From positions 61,008,001 through 61,072,000 of the forward strand of contig OZ336874.1 in NCBI GenBank assembly GCA_965287045.1: a stretch of 64,000 bases of DNA. Reading direction: 5' to 3'. The notes beneath the pieces were generated by a model. It ran no database searches and was not told where the DNA came from. It worked only from the letters and a program-made list of their open reading frames with translations. The translations under genes were made by a program, and so were the position numbers. This document shows, piece after piece, positions 14,178 to 27,009 of this stretch. The DNA is from Carcharhinus amblyrhynchos. Lineage: Eukaryota. Position 1 is the first letter of the stretch; every line of letters begins with the position of its first letter.

Positions 14178-15785
14178 AAACATAGAAACATTGAAAATAG
14201 AAGCAGGAATAGGCTATTTGGTCCTTTGAGCCTGCTCTGCCATTCATTTTGATAATGATTGATCATCAAAATCAACATCCTTATTCTGCCTTCTCCCTAT
14301 ATCTCTTGATCCCTTTAGCCCCAAGAGCCATATCTAATTTCTTCTCTTCTCAAAGTCACACATTGTTTTGGTCTTGCCTATTTTCTGCGGTTGTGAATTC
14401 CACAGATGTACCACTTTCTGGGCGAAGAAATTTCTCCTCATCTCAGTCCTGAAAGGTTTACCCATTATCCTCAAACTATACCTCTCATTCTGGATTCCCC
14501 CACCATTGACAACATTCTTGCTGAATCTACTCTGTCAAATCCTGTTAGAATTTTATCGATTTCAAGAGATCTCCTTTCACTCTTCTAAACTCCAATGAAT
14601 ACAATCTTAACCAACTTAGTCTCTCCACATATGACAGACCTGCCATCCTAGGAATCAGCCTGGTAAACTTTTCTGCATTCCCTCAAGGACATCCTTCCTC
14701 AGATAAGTACACCAAAACTGCACACAATATTCTAGATGTGGTCTCACCAACACACTGTATAATTGCAATAAAACCTCCCTATTCCATACTGAAATTCTCT
14801 TGCTTTGAAGGCCAACATTTGCCTTCTTTACTGTCTGTTGCACCTGTGTGCTTACTTTCACCAACTGATGCATAGGACATCCAGGTCGTGTTGAGTATTC
14901 ACTTCTCTCAATTTACACCCATTCAAATAATAATCTGCCTTCCTATCTTTGCTACAGAAGTTGATAACTTCACATTTATCCACATTATACTGCATCTGTC
15001 ATTCATATGCTCATTCACTCAGCCTGTCCAAATCATGATGAAGCATTTCTGCATCCTTCTCACAGTTCAGCCTCCCGTCCAACTTTGTATCAGCTGCAAA
15101 TTTGGAGATAATACATTCAGTTCCCTCTTCCAAATCGTTAGTAGAAAATGTGAACAGTTGGGGTCCTAGCACAGAGCCCTATGGTATCCCAAAAGTCACT
15201 GCCAGCCATTCGGAATAATGTCCATTTATGTCAACTCTTTGCTTCCCATCTGCTAACCAGCTTTTGGACCATCTCAGACATTACCCACAATTCCATGGGC
15301 TTTTATTTTACATAGTAGTCTGGTATGTGAGACCTTGTCAAAAGCTTCTGAAAGTCTAAATAAACCACATCCACCATTAGTCAACTCTACTAGTTATATC
15401 CTCAAAGAATTCCAATAGATTCATCAAGCATAATTTCCCCTTTGTAAATCCATGTTGAATTTGTCTGATTATACCATTGCTTTCCAAATGCCGAGCTAGT
15501 AAATCCTTGATAATGGACTCTAGCAACTTCCCCAGTACTGACATTAGGCTCACAGGTCTATTGATCCCTGTTTCCTCTTTACCTCCCTTTTTGATAAGTG
15601 GGCTCACATTAGCTACCCTCCAATCTGTAGGAACCAATGCAGAGTCCAAAGAAGTTTGCAAAATGACCACCAATTGATCTACTATTTCCAGGGCCACTTC
15701 CTTAAGTACCCTGGGATGAAGATTATCAGACCCTGGAGATTCATCCACCTTCAATCCCATCAATTTCCTTAAAACCATTTCTCTA
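14178..15785 (-). mobile_element. Degenerate CR1 LINE (RT to 3' tail)
   Basis: Reads SPGSDNLHPRVLKE, WRVANVSP, QHGFTKGK.CL.NLLEFFE and LVRPHLEYCVQFW. Tail near 14180. Confidence 0.9.
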
Positions 15786-16518
15786 TTAAAACACTTGCAG
15801 ACATATTTTTGCTATTCTTGGTTTTATTTCCATGACACTGACATTTGTTACAAACCTCCTTGACTAGATTCAAGGCTCCAAATTGCAACCTAGAATGTTC
15901 TTTGGCATCAATACTATTTATCCTTTAACAACCCTAAGATGGGTAGAAAATCTCATTTAAAAAATAAGGAATTTCAAATTTGACTAATCATATTTAAACG
16001 CGTGAAAGTTTGTTCCTTTGGCCAGTGAGTGTCTTTTTTGAATGTCTTGTTTCTGTGTGCAAAACACTTCAATCTTTTGTCCCCATGGCATATTTGACAA
16101 AATAATGGATTTGTATCATGACTGGCATGAAAGTGCAGAACAGGTTAAGCAATTAATAACTTGCAACCAGCCACAAATGCAAGCTTTCTGCCAAAACCCA
16201 TCAGCAATGCATCCATTGTGGAAAAATATAACAAGAAAAACTGTCAAATTTTTACTGCATTGGAATATTCAGATTTGTAGCAGACTAACTTTATAGGTAG
16301 TCTTCCACGTGGAACATGCTACTTATCACTTTGTAAACGTGTTTCCTGAACTAGCTCCAGTTCCTACTAGAACATGTTGTTAAATTCACACTGTTTTAAG
16401 TCACCAGTTCTCAGTGTCTGGAGTTGAACACCTGGCCCACTTGAGGCAACCAATAATTAAATAATCTCTTGAAAGCTTTGGCTGGGGTAATTCAAAAAAC
16501 AGAACCAGGGCATCATGA

Positions 16519-17192
16519 GGGGAAACCTCAGGTGATGGAGAGCACGCCGGTGGATGTCCCCCTTCAAAATAAGTACTCCTGCCTGAGTACTACTGGGGGG
16601 GGACAGCTCATCTGAGGGAGGCAGCAGCGACCAGGTCTCTGGAGCTGAGCCAGTATGTCAAAAAATTTAAAAAGAGAGCAGAAAGGTAGTACTAATAGGG
16701 GACTCCACAGTGAGGGGGGCGGACAGGCGTTTTTGTGGACGTAGACGTGAGTCGCGGATGGTGGTTTGTCTCCCTGGAGCTGGGATCCGGGATGTCTCTG
16801 GGCGTGTCCCAGACATACTGAAAGGGGAGGGTGAGGAACCGGAGGTTGTAGTGCATATAGGTACTGCTGACGTAGGCAAGAAGAGGGAGGCAGTCGTGAA
16901 AAGGGACTATAGGGAACTGGGTAGGCAGCTGAGGAAGAGGAAAGCGAAGGTAGTAATCTCAGGATTGCTGCCTGTGCCACGAGAGAATGAGGGCAGGAAT
17001 GGAATGAGGTGGAGGCTGAATGCGTGGCTGAGGGACTGGAGCAGGGGGCAGGGATTTTGGTTCCTAGATCATTGGGACCTCTTTAGGGGCAGGTGTGACC
17101 TGTACAGTAAAGATGGGTGGCACTTGAATCCCAGGGGGACTAATATCTTGGTGGGAAGACTGGCTAGGGCTACTGGGGGGACTTTAAACTAG
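16519..17192 (+). pseudogene. CR1 ORF1 (SGNH/GDSL esterase domain), 5'-truncated and disrupted
   Basis: Reads VLIGDSTVRG, CLPGA, VHIGTAD, SGLLP, DGWHLN. An in-frame TAA lies upstream of GDS, and the zinc-finger N-terminus is absent. Confidence 0.85.
17183..17192 (+). promoter_or_regulatory. Candidate -1 frameshift slippery site T_TTA_AAC_TAG
   Basis: X_XXY_YYZ heptamer in the ORF1 frame. Its -1 frame joins the reconstructed ORF2. Confidence 0.6.
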
Positions 17193-17228
17193 AAAGGATG
17201 GGGGGAGGGAATTGTAATGGGGAGACTG

Positions 17229-17329
17229 AGCCATGACAGATCAGCCATGATCTTATTGAATGGCGGGGCAGGCTCGAAGGGCTGGATGGCCTACTCCTGC
17301 TCCTATTTCTTATGTTCTTATGTTCTTAT
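17229..17329 (+). mobile_element. Family-B CR1 3' tail nested in the family-A element, TSD GACTG
   Basis: Matches 38349-38450. GACTG occurs at 17224-17228 and 17330-17334. Confidence 0.9.
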
Positions 17330-20300
17330 GACTGGGACCGAGGAGGTTAGCTCCCAGGTAGGGAAGGACTGCAGGCAGTATGAGAGGGAGGCTAGACAGG
17401 GGGTGAAGAAGGGAAATGCCCAGACTGAGGGGCTGAAGTGTATCTATTTTAACGCCAGGAGTGTAGTAAATAAGGTAGATGAGCTTAGGGCATGGATTGC
17501 TGCTTGGGAATGTGATGTGGTGGCCATTACGGAGACTTGGATGTCTCAGGGACAGGACTGGGTACTTCAGGTGCCAGGATTCAGATGCTTCAGGAAGGAC
17601 AGGGAGGGAGGCAAAAGAGGTGGTGGAGTGGCACTGTTGATCAGGGACAGTGTCATGGCTGCAGAGAAGGAGGATGCCGTGGAGGGACTATCTACAGAGT
17701 CTCTGTGGGTGGAAGTTAGGAACAGCAAAGGGTCGGAAACTTTGCTGGGCGTATTCTATAGGCCGCCCAATAGTGACAGGGAAGTTGAGGTGCAGCTAGG
17801 GAAACAGATTCTAGAGAGATGTAGTAATAACAGAGTTGTCGTGATGGGGGACTTCAATTTCCCAAACATCGATTGGAATATCCCAAGGGTAAGGGGTTTG
17901 GATGGGGAGGAGTTTGTTAGGTGTGTTCAGGAAGGTTTCCTGACACAGTACGTGGATAAGCCTACGAGAGGAGAGGCTGTACTTGACCTGGTACTGGCGA
18001 ATGAACCAGGACAGGTGACGGATCTCTCGGTAGGAGACCATCTTGGGAATGGTGATCATAATTCTATCTCCTTCACAATTGCATTGGAACGAGATAGGAT
18101 CAGGCAGGCTAGGAAGGTGTTTGTCTGGAGTAAGGAGAAATATGAAGACGTCAGGAAGTTAATTGGACAAATAAACTGGAAGGAGGCATTCTTGGGGAAA
18201 AGTACCGAAGGAAGGTGGCGGATATTCAAGGAATGTTTGTCTGGAGCTCTGCACGACAACATTCCGATGAGACAAGGAGGTTTTGGTAGGTCGCGGGAAC
18301 CGTGGTGCACCAAGGCTGTGGTGAACCTAGTCAGGAGGAAAAGGAAGGTGTACAAAAGGTTCAGGGAGCTAGGAGATGTTAAGGATCTTGAGGAGTATAA
18401 GGATTGTAGAAAGGAGCTTAAAAGGGAAATTAGGAGAGCCAGAAGGGGTCATGAGAAGGCCTTGGCGGGTAAGATTAAGGAGAATCCCAAGGCCTTCTAT
18501 AAATATGTGAAAAGTAAAAGGATGAGAAGAGAAGGGATAGGACCTATAAAAGGTGAAGGGGGAAAGGTCTGTGTGGAACCAGAAGAAATGGCAGAGGTGC
18601 TTAATGAGTACTTTGCCTCAGTATTCACGGTGGAAACTGATCTGGGAGATTTTGCTACAGGTTTGCAGCAAATGGAAAAGATTGAGTATGTGGATATTAA
18701 GGAAGAGGATGTGTTAGAACTTTTGAATTCTATCAAGATAGATAAGTCGCCAGGACCAGATGGGATGTACCCCAGGTTACTGTGGGAGGTGAGGGAGGTG
18801 ATTGCAGAGCCCCTGGCGATGATCTTTGCGTCGTCAATGGAGACGGGAGAGGTTCTGGAGGATTGGAGGATTGCGGATGTGGTTCCTATTTTCAAGAAAG
18901 GGAACAGAGATAGCCCGGGAAATTACCGACCGGTAAGTCTGACCTCAGTGGTTGGTAAGCTGATGGAGAGGCTTCTGAGGGACAAGATTTATGAGCATTT
19001 GGAGAGGTTTGGCATGATCAGAAATAGTCAACATGGTTTTGTCAAGGGCAGGTCGTGCCTTACGAGCCTAGTTGAGTTCTTTGAAAATGTGACTGAACAC
19101 GGTGACGAAGGAAGAGCAGTGGACGTGGTTTACATGGACTTCAGCAAGGCGTTTGATAAGGTCCCCCATGCAAGACTTCTAGAGAAGGTGAGAGGGCATG
19201 GGATCCAAGGGGCTTTGGCCTTGTGGATCTAGAACTGGCTTGCCTGCAGAAGGCAGAGAGTGGTTGTGGATGGGTCTTTTTCTGCATGGAGGTCAGTCAC
19301 CAGTGGAGTGCCCCAGGGATCTGTTCTAGGACCCTTGCTGTTTGTCATTTTCATAAATGACCTAGATGAGGAAGTGGTGGGATGGGTTAGTAAGTTCGCC
19401 GATGACACGAAGGTCGGTGGTGTTGTGGATGGTCTGGAAGGATGTCAGAAGTTGCAGCAGGACATAAATAGGATGCAGGACTGGACGGAGAAGTGGCAGA
19501 TAGACTTCAACGCGGATAAATGTGTAGTGGTCCATTTTGGCAGGACCAATGGGATGAACGAGTACACTATCAAGGGCAGGAGTCTTAGCAGTGTTGAAGA
19601 GCAGAAGGATCTTGGGGTTCGGGTCCACAGGACTCTTAAATCGGCCTCGCAGGTGGAGGATGTGGTCAAGAAGGCGTATGGTGTACTGGCCTTCATTAAT
19701 CGAGGGATTGAGTTTAGGAATCGGGAGGTAATGCTGCAACTTTATAAGACCTTTGTCAGGCCTCACTTGGAGTACTGTGCGCAGTTCTGGTCGCCTCACT
19801 ATAGGAAGGACGTAGAAGCTATTGAAAGGGTACAGAGGAGATTTACAAGGATGTTGCCTGGATTGGGAGGTATGCCTTATGAAGATAGGTTGAGGGAGCT
19901 GGGACTCTTCTCCCTGGAGAGACGAAGGTTGAGAGGCGACCTGATAGAGGTTTATAAAATGTTGAGAGGAATAGATAGGGTGGATTCTCAGAGGCTATTT
20001 CCCCGTGTTGAAATGGTCGCTACGAGAGGACACAGATTTAAGGTGCGGGGAGGAAAATACAGAAGTGATGTTAGGGGTAAGTTTTTCACTCAGAGGGTGG
20101 TGAGTGAATGGAATCGGCTGCCGTCAGTGGTGGTGGAGGCGAACTCGCTGGGGTCTTTTAAAAGACTTCTGGATGAGTATATGGGATTTAATGGGATTGG
20201 GGGTTATAGATAGGTCTATGGATTGGTAGGTATTGATGTGATCGGCGCAACTTGTGGGCCGAAGGGCCTGTTTGTGCTGTAGTGTTCTATGTTCTATGTT

Positions 20301-20814
20301 CTATGATGTTGATTAATCTTTCCATGGTTTTGGTATATCCAGGACTTCAATGTTCTCTCGCAAGAGCCTCTACCAAATTGATTGCTTTCAGGCTGCTGTA
20401 ATGTGCATTGGGCTTTAGAATTGGGAGAGAAACACAAATCAGGGCTACCAGAGATTGTCCTAAGCAGAATGTCAAGTTGTGGATTTTAATTAACTTTCTT
20501 TTCAATAAGCTGTCATCAAGTTTTCTCTAGAACTCTTCTTGTTAGAGTTTTAAATGCATCATGTTTTTTTCATGTGTTTTGATCTCAATTGAAGTGTAAA
20601 ACGCCAAATCTATTCTTTATAATTTATTGTTGTAGTTTGACAATTCCGTCCAAAGATGTAACTAATCTCACTGAGATGTCCACCCCTCTTCTGTTCCCCA
20701 ACCATGCGTCCCAATACTCTCACTGCCAGCCTGGCCCCGACAAGACATTAGACTCACCTCCAACACTGGCTCCAACACTGAACCCCTTTCAGCCCTTAAT
20801 CTTTAACCATGTGG

Positions 20815-20953
20815 TGGTCAGGTGCATTGGCCATGCTAAATTCTTCCTCAGTGTACCCAGCAAGAGCCGGAGCGTGGTGACTAGGGGATTTTCATAGTAA
20901 CTTCATTACAGTGTTAATGTAAAACTACTTGTGACACTAATAAATAAACTTTA
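20815..20953 (+). mobile_element. 3' fragment of a V-SINE with non-CR1 tail
   Basis: gtgcattggccatgctaaatt...cttgtgacactaataaataaactt. Matches 32077-32365 and 49503-49755. Confidence 0.8.
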
Positions 20954-21409
20954 AACATATCACTGTGCTAATATTTGGTTCAATTAAGAAAGATTTTCTT
21001 AAATGTATCATCTATGATAATCCCCATGATTCCATGAGGAATCTCTAATTGATCTCCCTGTGGAGCTTGTTGGATATGCGTTCCCTTGGTAACAAGCAAT
21101 AGCCTGTCCAGGTGGAACTCGTCACCTGAACTTTTCATAAGGCAGACAACAGGAATGGGTCTTTAGAACTATTGTCCTGGTTGGGATTTGTGTATGTGTG
21201 CCATGGAGTAATGGCTTTATTTTGTATTTCACAATAAGTACCATTCCTTTCCAGTTGGGCTTCCTGAGTTATTACACTGGTGACAAGGAGCAAGGAAAGT
21301 TTCTGATAACCTTGTCTTTCACCAAACCTGGTAAAACAGTAATGAGGAAACTAGAAAATGCAGCTGTTCAGAAAATTGGAACCACGCGATGTGGGTATGG
21401 CGCATTGGC

Positions 21410-23991
21410 CCCAGTATGCATGTAAAACTAGTACAGCAATTATCCTGGGGAATTTTAATCTACATGTCAATTGGTCAAACCAGGTTGATCAAGGTAGCCT
21501 TGAGGAGGAATTTATAGAATGTATCCGCGATAGCTTCCTTGAACAATATGTAATGGAACCTACGAGGGAGCAAGCCATCCTGGATCTGGTCCTGTGTAAT
21601 GGGACAGGAATAATTAATGATCTTATAGTTAGGGATCCTCTCGGAAGAAGCGATTACAGTATGGTTGAACTTAAAATACAGATGGAGCGTGAGAAGATAA
21701 TATCCAATACCAGTGTCTTGTGCTTAAACAAAGGAGACTACAATGGGATGAGGGATGAATTGGCCAAGGTAGACTGGGAGCAAAAACTTAATGGTGGGAC
21801 AATTGAGGAACAGTGGAGGACTTCCAAAATGATTTTTCACAATGCTCAGCAAAAGTATATGCCAGTAATAAGGAAGGACTGTCGAAAAAGAGATAATCAG
21901 CCATGGGTATTAAGGAAATAAAGGAGGGTATCAAATTGAGGGTATCAAAGTGATTAGTGAGAAACTAGAGGGTAGGGAAATCTTTAAAGGTCAACAGAGC
22001 CACGAAGAAAGCTATAAAGAAAAGTAAGATGGATTATGAAAGTAAACTAACTCAGAATATAAAAACAGATAGCAAAAGTTTCTACAAATATATAAAATGA
22101 AAAAGAGTGGTTCAAGTAAACATTTGTCCTTTAGATGATGAGAAGGGAGAGGTAATAACTGGAAATGAGAAAATGGCTGAGGCATTGAACAGGTATTTTG
22201 TGTTTATCTTCACATGCCAAACAACATGCCAAAAATTGATGACAGGAAGGCTATGGCAGGTGAGGATCTAGAAACTATCATTATCATGAAAGGGGTAGTG
22301 TTGGGCAAGCTAATGGGGCTAAAGGTAGACAAGTCTCCTAGCCCTGATGGAATGTATCCCATGGTTACAAATAGAAACGTAGAAACCCCACAGTACAGAA
22401 AGAGGCCCTTCAGCCCACTGAGTCTGCACCAACCACAATCCCACCCAGGCCCTACCCCCATATCCCTACATATTTACCCACTAACCCCTCTAACTTGCAC
22501 ATCTCAGGACACTAAGGGCAATTTTTTTTTAGCATAGCCAATCAACCTAACCTACACGTCTTTGGTTCTAAAAGAGGTGGCAGGGAAATAGCAAATGCAC
22601 AAGTGGTAATTTACGAAAATTCGCTGGACTCTGGGGTGATTCCCGCAGATTGGAAAACAGCGAATATGATGCCATGGTTTAAAAAAGGAGGTAGACAAAA
22701 GGTGGGTAACAATAGGCTGGTTAGCTTTACTTCTGTTGTAGGGAAAATGCTTGAATCTATCATCAAGGAAGAAATAGCGAGACATCTGGATATAAATTGT
22801 CCCATTGGTAAGATGCAGTTTGGGTTCATGAAGGGCAAGTCATGTTTGACTAATTTGGTGGAATTCTTTGAGAACATTACATGTGCAGTGGACAATGGTG
22901 AACCTGTGGATGTGGTGTATCTGGATTTCCAGAATCCACTTGACAGGGTGCCACATAAGATAAAGGTGCACAGTATTAGGGTAATGTATTAACATGAAAG
23001 AGGATTGGTGAACTAACAGAAAGCAGAGAGTGGGGTAAATGGGTGTTTTTCTGGTTGGTGATCAGCGGCTGGTGTGTGCCTCAGGGACCAGTGTTGGGAC
23101 GTCAATTGTTTATGATTTACATAGATGATTTGGAATTAGGGACCAAATGTAATGTGTCAAAAGTCGCAGATGACACTAAGATGAGTGGCAGAATAAAGTG
23201 TGCAGGGGATGCTGAAAGACTGCAAAGGGATATAGATAGTCTAGTCTAAGTGAGTGGGCAAGGATCTGGCAGATGAAGTACAATGTTGGTAGATCTGAGG
23301 TCATCCATTTTAGTAGGAATAACATCAAAATGGACTATTATTTAAATGGTAAAATATTGCAGCATGCTGTTGTACTGAGGGACCTGAGTGTCCTTATGCA
23401 AGAATCACAAGGAGTTGGTTTGCAGGTGCAGCAGTTAATTAAGAAGGCAAATGGAATTTTGTCCTTCATTGCTAGAGGGATGGAGTTTAAAAACAGTGAG
23501 ATTATGTTGCAGCTGTATAAGGTGCTGGTGAGGCCACACCTGGAATACTGTGTGCAGTTTTGGTCTCCTCACTTGAGAAAAGATATATTGGCACTGGAGG
23601 GAGTGCAGAAGAGGTTGGCTTATGAGGAGAGACTGAGTAGACTGGAGTTATACTCACTGGAATTCAGAAGAATGAGAGGAGATCTTATAGAAACATATAA
23701 GGTTATGAAGGGAATAGATGAGATAGAAGTGGGGAAGTTGTTTCCACTGGCAGATGAAACTAGAACTAGGGCCATGGCCTCAAAATAAGGAGGAGCAGAT
23801 TTAGGACTAAGAGGAGGAACTTCTTGACCCAAAGGGTTGTGAATCTGTGGAATTCACTACCCACTGAAGCAGTGGAGGCTACCCCATTGAATGTTTTTAA
23901 GGCAAGGATAGATACATTTTTGAACAGTAAAGGAATTAAGGCTCGAAGGGCCAGATGACCTACTTCTGCTCCTAGTTCTTAAGTTCTTATG
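21410..23991 (+). mobile_element. Older CR1 LINE (APE to tail), many frameshifts
   Basis: Reads ILGNFNLH, EPTREQAILDLVL, DKSPSPDGMYP, QFGFMKGKSCLTNL, VADDTK, RPHLEYCVQFW. Tail is ttcttaagttcttatg. Confidence 0.92.
22367..22562 (-). mobile_element. 5'-truncated HE1-like SINE nested in CR1, TSD TGGTT
   Basis: Matches 32791-32975. TGGTT occurs at 22362-22366 and 22563-22567, and the host frame resumes (MYPMV|LKEVA). Confidence 0.85.
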
Positions 23992-25771
23992 CTGAATGAA
24001 TAAAATGTTTCTTCTGGGCAAATGGAATAAAAGGGGATGACTGGCAAAAAGTCATCCTCCTGACCGCTGTGAGGCCCCAACTTTCAGCACCATAAACAGA
24101 TTAATCTATTGGCAGCCCCAGATTCCTTTAATGAACAGACACATTTGGCAGCAAACTACTACAACTCCAAATCGTCTGTTATATTGCAGCACTGTAGGTT
24201 TAACATGTAAATAGACTTTCTGGGGGACCAGTAATGGAACTTGTAAATGAGACTGCAGAAATTTGCGGAACGCTAAGTATGGGCCAGCACTTCGGGTAAA
24301 GTTAAGGCTTAGAATGTGGAGTAAATAATATTGCAACCCAAAGGAAGCTACTGACTGAGCTGAAACTGGATTTTAGGAAAGCCATAGCCTTTCTCATGCA
24401 AGCTTGCAGAAAGATGCCCAAGGGCTTCATGGATCCATTGATAGTACCATCCTCAGCCTTGGGTGACCTCCATGCTGCAGAAACAAATTACCAGCGGATA
24501 ACAGTTACGTCTCCTATTGTTGCCAAGGAAGGATGATTGGTTGAGGAGGCTGCAAGATTCCAGACTGGACAGGAGGTTTCTTCACAATATCGTGAAGAGT
24601 GAGCACCTTGATGCTGTATTCCAGTTGTAGGGTCCACCCCAGACAAGGCTAATAAAACAGGCAAAACTTGAATCACCCAGGCTAAAGGGCAAAGCTCCTC
24701 AAAAGAGAACTTTGCAAATAAATCAGCCCAAGGATGAGGAATTGATGCAACAAAGTTACCTCACTGCACCCAAAGTGACCACAATCTAGATTTAATTCCA
24801 GGTAAATGACCACTCCCTAGACTTGGAGGTAGGCATAGATAGTGCAATATCTATCAATAGAGAGCAGATCTGTTGGTGACTCTGACTGGGCATTTGTCTT
24901 TAAGCTTGCAAGACACCAAGGCTAGATTGACTACTTATACCAGGGAACCCTTATGCATTATTAGGACCACTGTAACCCCAGTTACACATGGTTGGACTTC
25001 CTGTAATAGGGATCCTGTAACAGGACCCAGCTTCTTAGGAAAGAACTAGCCACAGAACATTCACTTGGGTTAGCCACAGATCTTTAAAATGGGTACTGGC
25101 AATCAAAATTAAGCAATTGGGAAGTACCTGAAATGTTCCAAGAAGACCTTGGGAAGATTAAAGGTGCCGGGGTTAAAATCTAACGAGACTCAAAGGCCCA
25201 CCCAAATACTTCAAGGCACAATCAATCCCCTATGCCCTTGCGCTAAAGTAGAGGCCAAATTAGAACATCTAGAGGAACTTGGCATTATATGCCCAATACA
25301 AATTGCCAAATAGGCCACATCAGTAGTCTAAGTTTTAAAACTTAAAAACCCAGTCAATCTCTGGGACTATAAGCTGATGAGCTACAGAGCTTTACACTTA
25401 GACAGATACCCCATTCACGCATGGAAGACTTTTGCACAAAACTGGCTGGGGGTCATATATTTTCCAAATTGGAGATGAGCCACGCCTACCTCCAACTGGA
25501 GCTTGAGGTGTCATCCAGAAAATATATCATTATAAATAAATACCCACAAAGGACCATATAAGTACGCATTCTTGTCTTTTGGGGTATCTTTGGCTTGTGC
25601 CATTTTTTCAAAGGGTGATGGTAACATCCTTCAAGGGTGCCCAGAGTTGCAATCTCTGGATGACGTGTTAATCTCAGGAGCTACTGTAAAGTAACATTTG
25701 GAGAATTTGGAGGCGGTCTAATGGAGTTTCTCTGAGGCGGTTGTCAAACTTAAAAGAGAAAAGTGTGTGTT

Positions 25772-25885
25772 ACATAGCAACATAGAATATAAGGGCAGAA
25801 GGAGGCCATTTGGCTCTTTGAGCCTGCTCTGCCATTCACTATGATCATGGTTGATCATCCAACTCAATAGCCTAATCCTGCTTTT
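25772..25885 (-). mobile_element. CR1 3' tail nested in Gypsy RT
   Basis: catagcaacatagaat...ggccatttggctctttgagcctgctctgccattc, similar to 14180-14290. Confidence 0.75.
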
Positions 25886-26002
25886 CCAGGTTATCAAAGT
25901 AACACACCTTGGGTACAGAGTTGACGTAGATGGACTTCACCCTGTCAAAGAGAAGGTGAAAGCCATAAAAGGGTTTTGACTCCAAGGAACACGACAAAGG
26001 TT

Positions 26003-26185
26003 GGGCTCCTTCTCTGCCCAACGCTGCAAAAATCTAAAGGTAATGAATGAAGCCCGGTCCATCACACAAACCAGCCTCCCATCCATTGACTGTGTCTATA
26101 CTTCCCGCTGGCTCGGAAAAGCAGCCAGCATAATTAAGGACCCCACGCACCACAGGCATATTCTTTTGCACCTTCTTCCATCTTC
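26003..26185 (+). mobile_element. Rex1/Babar-like LINE C-terminal fragment nested in Gypsy
   Basis: Reads ARSITQTSLPSIDCVYTSRWLGKAASIIKDPTH...HLLPS, typical of the Rex1 ORF C-terminus. Confidence 0.7.
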
Positions 26186-27009
26186 TTCCTGTTGAAGAAA
26201 TTCCACCAATACATCTACAGTAGACATTTCACCATAGTGGTGGACCACAAACCTCTGTTTAGCCTCTTCATAGAAAGCTTCCTCCCATAATATCAGTTCA
26301 CATTCAACACTAGGCACTGCTATTAGGTGTCTATGAATATACCCTAGAACATCGTCCAGAGAGACAGATCGCTGATGCGGATGCATTGAGCTGCCTACCA
26401 CTACCCACCAACCTTTGAAGATGGATGAAATCATCATGATTTTGAACTTCATGGGCACTCTGCCAGTACCTACCAAGTAAATTCAGGCTTGGACCCAAAA
26501 AGATCCCATGTTGGCAAAGCTACCTCATATTGCCCTTAGTGGTGCACTAATAGGGCATCTTGCAGAGGATCTAAAACCTAATGCTTCCATATACCAAGAT
26601 CTGAACATTCAGGATGGTATCATCTTATGGGGAGTCCAGCTGGTTGTCCTGCCTCCATGCCAGTGATCAATGCTCCACGAATTGCATAATGGCCACCAAG
26701 GGATTCCTAAAATGAAGTTGCTTGCAAGAAGCTACGTCTGGTGGCTTGGTGTAAATAAGGACATTGAAAACCTGGTCCAGTGGTGCAAAACCTGCCAAGA
26801 AAACCAGAAGATCCCACCAGCATCCTTGTTGTACCTCTGGGAATGGCTGTGAAGACCCTGGGTGAGTTCATGTAGAATTTTGCAGGGTTATTTATGGGCT
26901 CTATCTTCCTAATTCTGATTGAAGCCTTTTCAAAATGATCAACATGCACCAGATGCTCTCTGTTACCTCTTATAAACCATAGAAAAATTTCAGCAATCTT
27001 TCTATGGTG

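Larger units (their letters stand above)
17183..20213 (+). pseudogene. CR1 ORF2 (APE endonuclease + RT) with a 106-nt insertion and one premature stop
   Basis: Reads YFNARS, ITETW, GDFN, QHGFVKGRSC, DFSKAFD, GVPQGSVLGP, FADDTK. The TAG at 19230-19232 (WI*NW) splits the 671-aa and 317-aa ORFs, which are in the same frame. Confidence 0.92.
16519..20305 (+). mobile_element. Young 5'-truncated CR1 LINE (family A, (GTTCTAT)n tail)
   Basis: ORF1 esterase half, ORF2 APE-RT, short 3' UTR with gggccgaagggcctg and (gttctat)3. Confidence 0.95.
24300..27005 (+). mobile_element. Degenerate Ty3/Gypsy internal region (RT, RNase H, integrase)
   Basis: RT remnants IPYAL, LEELGII, LDRYPI, FSKLEMSHAYLQL, FGVS, LDDVLISG. 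Integrase HHCC region LHNGHQGIPKMKLLARSYVWW...CKTCQ. No LTRs recognised. Confidence 0.85.

Noticed and set aside
17217-17327. N-terminus MGRLSHDRSAMILLNGG... as genuine ORF2 sequence
   Set aside because: It is the translation of a nested CR1 3' UTR bounded by a TSD.
19230-19232. Programmed stop read-through in ORF2
   Set aside because: The homologous position is a sense codon in family C (WIENW). A single CAG>TAG mutation is simpler.
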